A DNA stretch of 64,000 nt from Candidatus Levyibacteriota bacterium (GTDB taxonomy: Bacteria > Patescibacteriota > Microgenomatia > Levybacterales > UBA12049). This document shows, in pieces, positions 22,644-34,400 of this stretch (positions are counted from its first letter, which is position 1; every line of letters begins with the position of its first letter). Position numbers and translations under genes: made by a program. Where the stretch lies: the NCBI GenBank assembly GCA_963722305.1, contig CAVRKE010000002.1:379878-443877 (forward strand). Reading direction: 5' to 3'. Below the pieces are notes generated by a model that was not told the origin of the DNA, did not search any database, and saw nothing but the letters and a program-made list of their open reading frames with translations.

Positions 22644-23995
22644 TGTTACTCAGTGTTCTTCCAATACGGTTACCTTACAAACTGCTTATGCGGGTGGTAA
22701 TACCATTACTACCACCACCGGCAGAAACATTGACTTTACTCTGGGCAGTGGACTGGCTACTTCCTTTAACTTGACTAATCAAGGAACTGCCACAGGCTTT
22801 AATCTTAACAATACCTCAAGCGGTAATGCTTTAGCTGTTACCTCGGGAGGAATTAATGCTTTAACTATTGATAATAACGGGAACTCAACCAGCAGCGGTA
22901 ACTTTACTACTTCCGGAAATATCGCTACCGCTAATAGCGGTACTATTACCTCCAATGGGTTATTGACAGCTTCAAACGGTTTAACGGTTACTACCGGCAA
23001 TGTGAATATAACGGGAACAGCAGGAGCAATCAGTCTCTCCAGCCTTAATGCCTCCAGTATTGCTTTAAGTGGTACTAATAATCTAACGATTACTGCCAAT
23101 AACTTCAATGTCTCGGCGAACTGGGATTAATAATACCGCTATTGGTGCAGGTAGTACTCAATCAACTGGTGCCTTTACCACTTTATCCTCAAATAACAAT
23201 ACCACCTTGGCATCAGGGGCGGGAGCAACTCTCACTTTGGGTAATACCACCGGGACGGTTACTCTTAACGGTTCTACTGTTAGTATTAATAGTAATGGAG
23301 CCGGTAACGCTTTATCCTTAGGTATTGCCGGTAATACTGCTTCTGCTTTCAATGTCTCCCAAGGGAGTAATAAATACATTAATGTTAATACCAGTACCGG
23401 GACAGAGAATGTCGCTTTTGGTAATACTAGTACCAATCCTTCCTATTCCTTCTTAGGAACAGGACAAACTACCTTTGGCGGAAATGTTTCTGTTTCGGGA
23501 ACCTTAGGAGTTACCGGGAATACTTCCCTCTCTACCGTTAATACCTCAGGTCTGGCAACTCTTGATAGTTTACTGACTGAAAACTTTGCCACAGTTTCCG
23601 GAACACTAACCGTTAATGATCTCACCCAACTTAACTCTACCTTAGGAGTTAGTGGGAATACCTCCTTAGGAGGAACCCTGGGAGTTACCGGCAATGTTTC
23701 GGTTAATACCAATAAATTCACCATTGATGCTTCAACCGGGAATACGGTCATCGGTGGAACATTAACCGTTACCGGGAATACCTCCCTTTCCACTCTTAAT
23801 ACTTCGGGACTGGCAACCCTAAACAGTGCCTCTGTTACTAATAATGAGACAGTGGGAGGAGCATTAACAGTGACCGGTGTTTCTACCTTTAACGGCGGAG
23901 CAACCGTTGCTTCAGGACAAAACTTCCTGGCCCAGGGTCAATCAACCTTTACACCCTCTGCCAGTAGTGGTATTACCGTTAATACTACCAATGGC
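22644..23995 (+). pseudogene. Frameshifted junction segment: degenerate copy of the 1422-bp repeat unit linking the two giant ORFs. ORF-track ORFs 22771..23130 and 23108..24010 are its out-of-frame pieces.
   Basis: Aligned to the downstream copy (24114-25432) there are single-base insertions near 22622 (ccctattgtc vs ccctttgtc), 23117 (tctcggcgaactggg vs tctcgggaaccggg) and 23994 (accaatggccaatacc vs accaatgccaatacc). The Cys-loop at 24040-24100 is also decayed (second Cys lost). Confidence 0.6.
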
Positions 23996-25432
23996 CAATA
24001 CCTTCTTTAGATTGAATGGACTAAGTACAGCAATCCTGGTACCCATTTGTTTGGATTCATCCAATAATGTTATTGTCCTGTACCAATCTACCGTTAGTTT
24101 ACAGACTGCTTATCATGGTGGTAATACCATTACTACCACCACCGGCAGAAACATTGACTTTACTCTGGGCAGTGGACTGGCTACTTCCTTTAACTTGACT
24201 AATCAAGGAACTGCCACAGGCTTTAATCTTAACAATACCTCAAGCGGTAATGCTTTAGCTGTTACCTCGGGAGGAATTAATGCTTTAACTATTGATAATA
24301 ACGGGAACTCAACCAGCAGCGGTAACTTTACTACTTCCGGAAATATCGCTACCGCTAATAGCGGTACTATTACCTCCAATGGGTTATTGACAGCTTCAAA
24401 CGGTTTAACGGTTACTACCGGCAATGTGAATATAACGGGAACAGCAGGAGCAATCAGTCTCTCCAGCCTTAATGCCTCCAGTATTGCTTTAAGTGGTACT
24501 AATAATCTAACGATTACTGCCAATAACTTCAATGTCTCGGGAACCGGGATTAATAATACGGCTATTGGTGCAGGTAGTACTCAATCAACTGGTGCCTTTA
24601 CCACTTTATCCTCAAATAACAATACCACCTTGGCATCAGGGGCGGGAGCAACTCTCACTTTGGGTAATACCACCGGGACGGTTACTCTTAACGGTTCTAC
24701 TGTTAGTATTAATAGTAATGGAGCCGGTAACGCTTTATCCTTAGGTATTGCCGGTAATACTGCTTCTGCTTTCAATGTCTCCCAAGGGAGTAATAAATAC
24801 ATTAATGTTAATACCAGTACCGGGACAGAGAATGTCGCTTTTGGTAATACTAGTACCAATCCTTCCTATTCCTTCTTAGGAACAGGACAAACTACCTTTG
24901 GCGGAAATGTTTCTGTTTCGGGGACCTTAGGAGTTACCGGGAATACTTCCCTCTCTACCGTTAATACCTCAGGTCTGGCAACTCTTGATAGTTTACTGAC
25001 TGAAAACTTTGCCACAGTTTCCGGAACACTAACCGTTAATGATCTCACCCAACTTAACTCTACCTTAGGAGTTAGTGGGAATACCTCCTTAGGAGGAACC
25101 CTGGGAGTTACCGGCAATGTTTCGGTTAATACCAATAAATTCACCATTGATGCTTCAACCGGGAATACGGTCATCGGTGGAACATTAACCGTTACCGGGA
25201 ATACCTCCCTTTCCACTCTTAATACTTCGGGACTGGCAACCCTAAACAGTGCCTCTGTTACTAATAATGAGACAGTGGGAGGAGCATTAACAGTGACCGG
25301 TGTTTCTACCTTTAACGGCGGAGCAACCGTTGCTTCAGGACAAAACTTCCTGGCCCAGGGTCAATCAACCTTTACACCCTCTGCCAGTAGTGGTATTACC
25401 GTTAATACTACCAATGCCAATACCTTCTTTAG
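22690..25432 (+). repeat. Two tandem copies of a 1422-bp (474-aa) unit. Copy 1 (22690-24010) carries 3 single-base insertions; copy 2 (24114-25432) is in frame.
   Basis: Antisense ORF pairs 22779/24203 (offset 1424), 23158/24581 and 23443/24866 (offset 1423) are identical. These offsets fit a clean 1422-bp unit plus the insertions remaining downstream in copy 1. Confidence 0.85.
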
Positions 25433-28400
25433 ATTGAATGGACTAAGTAGTAATCCTGGTACACCTATCTGTTTAGACTCCTCCAATAATGTCATTGCCT
25501 GTGCCAATGCTTCCCTTAGTTTACAGAATGCCTATCTTGGTGGTAATACCATTACTACCACCACCGGCAGAAACATTGACTTTACCCTGGGCAGTGGACT
25601 GGCTACTTCCTTTAACTTGACTAATCAAGGAACTGCCACAGGCTTTAATCTTAACAATACCTCAAGCGGTAATGCTTTAGCTGTTACCTCGGGAGGAATT
25701 AATGCTTTAACTATTGATAGTAGTGGAAATCTCACTACCAATGGCAACTTCAGTCAGGGAGGAACAGCCACTACCTTCTCAACCGGTACCGGTAATGTCT
25801 CCTTGAATGGTAATACTGCTGTTACCGGCAGTAATACCTTTACGGTTGGAACAGGAGCAACCTCCTTAGGAGGAACCCTGGGAGTTACCGGCAATGTTTC
25901 GGTTAATACCAATAAATTCACCATTGATGCTTCAACCGGGAATACGGTCATCGGTGGAACATTAACCGTTACCGGGAATACCTCCCTTTCCACTCTTAAT
26001 ACTTCGGGACTGGCAACCCTAAACAGTGCCTCTGTTACTAATAATGAGACAGTGGGAGGAGCATTAACAGTGACCGGTGTTTCTACCTTTAACGGCGGAG
26101 CAACCGTTGCTTCAGGACAAAACTTCCTGGCCCAGGGTCAATCAACCTTTACACCCTCTGCCAGTAGTGGTATTACCGTTAATACTACCAATGCCAATAC
26201 CTTCTTTAGATTGAATGGACTAAGTAGTAATCCTGGTACACCTATCTGTTTAGACTCCTCCAATAATGTCATTGCCTGTGCCAATGCTTCCCTTAGTTTA
26301 CAGAATGCCTATCTTGGTGGTAATACCATTACTACCACCACCGGCAGAAACATTGACTTTACTCTGGGCAGTGGACTGGCTACTTCCTTTAACTTGACTA
26401 ATCAAGGAACTGCCACAGGCTTTAATCTTAACAATACCTCAAGCGGTAATGCTTTAGCTGTTACCTCGGGAGGAATTAATGCTTTAACTATTGATAGTAG
26501 TGGAAATCTCACTACCAATGGCAACTTCAGTCAGGGAGGAACAGCCACTACCTTCTCAACCGGTACCGGTAATGTCTCCTTGAATGGTAATACTGCTGTT
26601 ACCGGCAGTAATACCTTTACGGTTGGAACAGGAGCAACCTCCTTAGGAGGAACCCTGGGAGTTACCGGCAATGTTTCGGTTAATACCAATAAATTCACCA
26701 TTGATGCTTCAACCGGGAATACGGTCATCGGTGGAACATTAACCGTTACCGGGAATACCTCCCTTTCCACTCTTAATACTTCGGGACTGGCAACCCTAAA
26801 CAGTGCCTCTGTTACTAATAATGAGACAGTGGGAGGAGCATTAACAGTGACCGGTGTTTCTACCTTTAACGGCGGAGCAACCGTTGCTTCAGGACAAAAC
26901 TTCCTGGCCCAGGGTCAATCAACCTTTACACCCTCTGCCAGTAGTGGTATTACCGTTAATACTACCAATGCCAATACCTTCTTTAGATTGAATGGACTAA
27001 GTAGTAATCCTGGTACACCTATCTGTTTAGACTCCTCCAATAATGTCATTGCCTGTGCCAATGCTTCCCTTAGTTTACAGAATGCCTATCTTGGTGGTAA
27101 TACCATTACTACCACCACCGGCAGAAACATTGACTTTACCCTGGGCAGTGGACTGGCTACTTCCTTTAACTTGACTAATCAAGGAACTGCCACAGGCTTT
27201 AATCTTAACAATACCTCAAGCGGTAATGCTTTAGCTGTTACCTCGGGAGGAATTAATGCTTTAACTATTGATAGTAGTGGAAATCTCACTACCAATGGCA
27301 ACTTCAGTCAGGGAGGAACAGCCACTACCTTCTCAACCGGTACCGGTAATGTCTCCTTGAATGGTAATACTGCTGTTACCGGCAGTAATACCTTTACGGT
27401 TGGAACAGGAGCAACCTCCTTAGGAGGAACCCTGGGAGTTACCGGCAATGTTTCGGTTAATACCAATAAATTCACCATTGATGCTTCAACCGGGAATACG
27501 GTCATCGGTGGAACATTAACCGTTACCGGGAATACCTCCCTTTCCACTCTTAATACTTCGGGACTGGCAACCCTAAACAGTGCCTCTGTTACTAATAATG
27601 AGACAGTGGGAGGAGCATTAACAGTGACCGGTGTTTCTACCTTTAACGGCGGAGCAACCGTTGCTTCAGGACAAAACTTCCTGGCCCAGGGTCAATCAAC
27701 CTTTACACCCTCTGCCAGTAGTGGTATTACCGTTAATACTACCAATGCCAATACCTTCTTTAGATTGAATGGATTAAGTACTCCAGCAGCAGCCGGAGTG
27801 GCCCTTTGTCTGGATTCATCCAATAATGTTACTCAGTGTTCTTCCAATACGGTTACCTTACAAACTGCTTATGCGGGTGGTAATACCATTACTACTACCA
27901 CCGGCAGAAACATTGACTTTACCCTGGGCAGTGGACTGGCTACTTCCTTTAACTTGACTAATCAAGGAACTGCCACAGGCTTTAATCTTAACAATACCTC
28001 AAGCGGTAATGCTTTAGCTGTTACCTCGGGAGGAATTAATGCTTTAACTATTGATAGTAGTGGAAATCTCACTACCAATGGCAACTTCAGTCAGGGAGGA
28101 ACAGCCACTACCTTCTCAACCGGTACCGGTAATGTCTCCTTGAATGGTAATACTGCTGTTACCGGCAGTAATACCTTTACGGTTGGAACAGGAGCAACCT
28201 CCTTAGGAGGAACCCTGGGAGTTACCGGCAATGTTTCGGTTAATACCAATAAATTCACCATTGATGCTTCAACCGGGAATACGGTCATCGGTGGAACATT
28301 AACCGTTACCGGGAATACCTCCCTTTCCACTCTTAATACTTCGGGACTGGCAACCCTAAACAGTGCCTCTGTTACTAATAATGAGACAGTGGGAGGACTT

Positions 28401-31400
28401 CTAACTGCTAATGCCGGAGTTAAAGTTAACGGGACAGGTTCCACTGCGGATATAACCACGGATAAATCAACTGCCAATATCTTTAATACCACAGCAACCA
28501 CAGTTAATCTGGGTGGGGCTGCCACTACTATCTCCTTGGGGGCAACCAGTGGTACTACTACTATTAATAATAACCTGGCGGTAAGTCTGGTTGATAATAG
28601 TGCTTATGCCTTCAGTGTCTATGAAGGAGCCAATAGCTATCTTAATGTCAGCACCGTGGATAGCAGTGAGAATGTCGCTTTTGGCAATACTAGTACCAAT
28701 CCTTCCTATTCCTTCTTAGGTAGTGGAGCTACTACCTTTACCGGAAATATTAATGCCAACTCCGGAGTGATTGCTACTAGCCAATCATCAGCCAGCATTT
28801 TTAACTCTACTGCTACTACTGTAAACCTTGGTGGTGCGGCAACCAATATTAATATCGGGGCAACCAGTGGTACAGCGACTATTAAAAACGCCATTGTTTC
28901 CTTGCCTAATGCTACACAAGTTAATGCCAGTAATGCCGCCGGTAACTTTAACTCTCTAACCACCGGTGGAGGTTATACATCAACCGGAGCAACTATTGGC
29001 AGCAGTGGTAATATTCAGGCCAAAGGAACCTTAACTATTGATCTAACCTCTACCCTCACCGGTCTGGTTACTGCCAGCTCCGGAGTAAAGATTAATGGTA
29101 CCTCCACTGCGGATATAACCACGGATAAATCAACTGCTACTCTGTTTAATACCACCGCTACCACCGTTAATATTGGCGGGGCTGCCACAACTATCTCCTT
29201 GGGGGCAACCAGTGGTACTACTACTATTAATAATAACCTGGCGGTAACAGGAACAGGTACTTTTACCGGAGCGCTTACTGCCAACAATAACTTTAGTGCC
29301 AACGCCCAATCAACATTTACACCGTCTTCGGGTAACGGTGTACTTATCAATGTTGGTAATTCAAATTCCTTCTTGAGGTTAACTGGGCTAACCAGCGCAG
29401 CCGGCAACCCAATTTGCTTAGATAGCTCAAATAATGTTATCGCCTGCGCTAATGCCGCTCTTAGTCTTCAGAATGCCTACATCGGTGGCAACACCATTAC
29501 TACTTCCGATAATCGGGATATTGCCTTTAATCTGGCGGCAACAGGAGCAGATTCCAACTTTACGGTTACCACTGCTGCGGGTGGGATTGGTTATTCTGCT
29601 TTTGTTAGAGCAGATGGTTCAGCCAGCTTAGATCCTAGCCAATTGGTCTTAATCCAGAATTTGAACACCGGAAGAAGTTTGCCGGTTGGTCTAAAGATTG
29701 CCGGAGTCAATGGTGGTAATGTCACTACCGGAATTGATTTAACGGATAGTTATCTGACAACCGCTATTGATGTCGGTGGAAATATTATTAAAGGCACTGA
29801 CTTCTCTATTACCGGCTCAAACGGTAATATTACTACCTCAGGTACAGTAGCGGTTAACAGTGGCAGTATTACTACTACCTACGCAACCGGTAATGTCTTT
29901 AACAGTGTGGCATCCACTCTTAATCTAGGAGGAGCGGCAACCAATATTAATATCGGGGCAACTAGTGGTACAGCGACTATTAAAAATGCCATTGTTTCCC
30001 TACCTAATGCTACACAAGTTAATGCCAGTAATGCCGCCGGTAACTTTAACTCTCTAACCACCGGTGGAGGTTATACATCAACCGGAGCAACGATTGATAA
30101 CAGCGGTAATATCCAAGCCAATGGTAATTTAACTATTATCGGAACCTCTGACCTTAACGGTAATACTACTGTTGGCGCAGCCTTAGGAGTTACCGGCAAT
30201 GTTTCGGTTAATACCAATAAATTCACCATTGATGCTTCAACCGGGAATACGGTCATCGGTGGAACATTAACCGTTACCGGGAATACCTCCCTTTCCACTC
30301 TTAATACTTCGGGACTGGCAACCCTAAACAGTGCCTCTGTTACTAATAATGAGACAGTGGGAGGAGCATTAACAGTGACCGGTGTTTCTACCTTTAACGG
30401 CGGAGCAACCGTTGCTTCAGGACAAAACTTCCTGGCCCAGGGTCAATCAACCTTTACACCCTCTGCCAGTAGTGGTATTACCGTTAATACTACCAATGCC
30501 AATACCTTCTTTAGATTGAATGGACTAAGTAGTAATCCTGGTACACCTATCTGTTTAGACTCCTCCAATAATGTCATTGCCTGTGCCAATGCTTCCCTTA
30601 GTTTACAGAATGCCTATCTTGGTGGTAATACCATTACTACCACCACCGGCAGAAACATTGACTTTACCTTAGCATCATCTGGTGGCATCGGTTATGACGC
30701 TAACTTTAATATTACAACCGCTAACGGCTCAACTAGTTCAACCATTTTCTCACTGGCAGATGGGTCAAACACTACAGTTCCTAATCAATTAGTTTTACTT
30801 GATAACAAAAACACCACTAATATTTTGCCAAGCGCTATTAAAGTTACTTCTTCCGGAGGTGGAGCAATTACAAACGCTATCGACCTTTCCGATTCTCATA
30901 TTGTTAATGCCTTATCTTTAGGAACCGGCAATATTACTTCCGCTCACTTTACGCTTACCGGCACAAGCGGCAACATTTCCACCGATGGGCTCCTGACTGT
31001 TGGCGCCGGAGTTAAAGTTAACGGGACAGGTTCCACTGCGGATATAACCACGGATAAATCAACTGCTACTCTGTTTAATACCACCGCTACCACCGTTAAT
31101 ATTGGCGGGGCAGCCACAGCTGTTAATATCGGGGCAACCAGTGGTACTACTACTATTAATAGTGGCACCCTTTCTTTGCCTAATGCCACAGCGGTTACTG
31201 CCGGCAGTGCTCTACTGACTATTGATTCTGCTTCGATTGGTGGAGGGTATGGTTCAACCGGGGTAACTATCAGTAACACCGGCAATATCCAGGCAGACGG
31301 CACTTTAACCATTGGCAGCACTTCCGACCTTAAAGGACAAGTAACAGCAGAAGCCGGAGTTAAAGTTAACGGGACAGGTTCCACTGCGGATATAACCACG

Positions 31401-34400
31401 GATAAATCAACTGCCAATATCTTTAATACCACAGCAACCACAGTTAATCTGGGTGGGGCTGCCACTACTATCTCCTTGGGGGCAACCAGTGGTACTACTA
31501 CTATTAATAGTGGCACCCTTTCTTTGCCTAATGCCACAGCGGTTACTGCCGGCAGTGCTCTACTGACTATTGATTCTGCTTCGATTGGTGGAGGGTATGG
31601 TTCAACCGGGGTAACTATCAGTAACACCGGCAATATCCAGGCAGACGGCACTTTAACCATTGGCAGCACTTCCGACCTTAAAGGACAAGTAACAGCAGAA
31701 GCCGGAGTTAAAGTTAACGGGACAGGTTCCACTGCGGATATAACCACGGATAAATCAACTGCCAATATCTTTAATACCACAGCAACCACAGTTAATCTGG
31801 GTGGGGCTGCCACTACTATCTCCTTGGGGGCAACCAGTGGTACTACTACTATTAATAATAACCTGGCGGTAAGTCTGGTTGATAATAGTGCTTATGCCTT
31901 CAGTGTCTATGAAGGAGCCAATAGCTATCTTAATGTCAGCACCGTGGATAGCAGTGAGAATGTCGCTTTTGGCAATACTAGTACCAATCCTTCCTATTCC
32001 TTCTTAGGTAGTGGAGCTACTACCTTTACCGGAAATATTAATGCCAACTCCGGAGTGATTGCTACTAGCCAATCATCAGCCAGCATTTTTAACTCTACTG
32101 CTACTACTGTAAACCTTGGTGGTGCGGCAACCAATATTAATATCGGGGCAACCAGTGGTACAGCGACTATTAAAAACGCCATTGTTTCCTTGCCTAATGC
32201 TACACAAGTTAATGCCAGTAATGCCGCCGGTAACTTTAACTCTCTAACCACCGGTGGAGGTTATACATCAACCGGAGCAACTATTGGCAGCAGTGGTAAT
32301 ATTCAGGCCAATGGAACCTTAACTATTAACGGTACTTCCCTATTAAGCGGAGCGGTTACTACTAATGATACTCTAACAGTTAACGGTACAACAAATGCTA
32401 ATATTGTTTCTTCTAATTCCACTGTTAACCTCTTTAACTCCGGCTCCTCCTCTTTGTATATCGGTGGAGGTGCATCCACCATTTCTTTGGGGGCAACCAC
32501 TGGGACAACCACGGTGAATACCGATTTAACCCTTGGCTCCGGTAAGAAATTAACCACCACCGGTCCGGTTTCTTTCAATCCGGGAAGTAGTAATAACGTT
32601 GCAATAACTACCGGTGCCAGTTCGTTCCTGGTGATTAGCGGCTTAAGCCAAACTAGTGGATCGGCAATTTGTGTTGATTCCTCAAACCGTGTCGTAAAGT
32701 GCGATTCCTCAACTCAAGGCTTGCAAGCCGCTTATAACAACGGTAATACGATTACTACTGCCAGCTCTAAAGATATTGCCTTTAATCTGGCGAATAATTC
32801 CAACTTCTCGGTAACTACCGCTGCTGATACTACCGGTTATTCCATATTTAGGGAAGGTCCTAATTCTATTACTACAGTTCCAAACCAGTTAATCTTGGTT
32901 GATAATGCCGGGACTATCCCAGTACCAGAAGGAATTGTTATTGGTAACTCCGGTGGTGGTGGCATTATCACCGGCGTTGATGTTTCTGCTGCAACTACCA
33001 CCGGTATCGCTTTAGGTGGAACAGGAATCTCGGGAACCAACTTCAACGTTAATGGTTCAACCGGAGATGTTACCACCAGCGGCACGATTAATGCTAACGG
33101 CGGAACTATTGCTACCACTTCTACCGGAACTGTAAATCTTTTCAATACCAACGCCACCGGCCTTAATATCGGCGGAGCGGCTACTGGAGTAAGTATCGGA
33201 GCAACTAGTGGTACAGCGACTATTAAAAACGCTATTATTTCTCTACCTAATGCTACACAAGTTAATGCCAGTAATGCCAGCGGCAACTTCAACTCCCTAA
33301 CCACCGGTAGCGGTTACACTTCGGGGACCGGAACAACTATTACTTCAACCGGCGTAATCCAAACCAAAAGCAACCTAACTGTTGACGGAAGTTCTACTCT
33401 AACCGGAGATGTTACCACCAGCGGCACTATTAATGCTAACGGCGGAACTCTTGCTACCTCGGTTACCGGAACAGCTAGTATTTTCAATACCAACGCAACC
33501 GGACTTAATATTGGCGGAGCAGCAACCACTATTTCTTTAGGGGCGACATCCGGAACAACCACCATTAACAATAACTTAACTCTTGGTTCCGGTAAAACCT
33601 TAACCACCACCGGTCCTGTTTCTTTCAATCCGGGAAGCGGCAATAACGTTGCAATTACTACCGGTGCCAGCTCCTTCTTGACTATTAGCGGCTTAAGCCA
33701 AAATGCCGGCAGCTCGCTTTGCTTAGACGGTTCCAACCATGTCGGCACTTGTAACAGCGCTGCCCAAAGTTTGCAGGCCGCCTATAACAACGGCAATACT
33801 ATCACCACAACCGACGCTAGAGATATTGCTTTCACTCTGGCTCCTCATGTTTCTACTACCGATTCTAACTTTACGGTAACCACCGCTAACGGTTCAACCG
33901 GAGGTACCCAATTCTTAAGAGCCAGCGGAGGAAGCACTAATAATCCTTCACAATTAGTCTTAATTCAAAATCAGGCAACAGGAGCTTTACCGATTGGTCT
34001 AAAGGTTGGAGGAGTTGTCACTACCGCTGTTGACCTTTCGGATTCAAATATCGTCAATGCCTTAAACCTTGGCGGCGGAAATGTTTTAGCCAGTAAATTC
34101 TCTATCACCGGCTCAACCGGTAATATCTCAACCAGTGGCACCTTAACAGTTGATGGCGGTTCGATTGCTACCACCATCAGCAGCTCCACTATTAACTTGT
34201 TTAATACTAATGCTACCACTGTCAATCTTGGTGGAGCGGCAACCACTTTGGCGATGGGCGCAACCAGCGGCACAGCCAGTATCAACAATACGACCATTAA
34301 CTTTAATAATGCTACTGCCATCAACGCCGCCAGCGCAGTGACAGGAGTTAGTTCCCTAACCACCGGCGGAGGTTATGGCTCAACCGGAGCAACTATTGAT

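Noticed and set aside
22771-24010. ORFs 22771..23130 and 23108..24010 as independent genes
   Set aside because: Their translations are the same module sequence as the flanking giant ORFs. They are the out-of-frame continuation created by single-base insertions, not separate genes.
6211-28393. Tandem direct repeats as a CRISPR array
   Set aside because: Units are 348-1422 bp, coding, with no short repeat-spacer structure. There are no cas genes.
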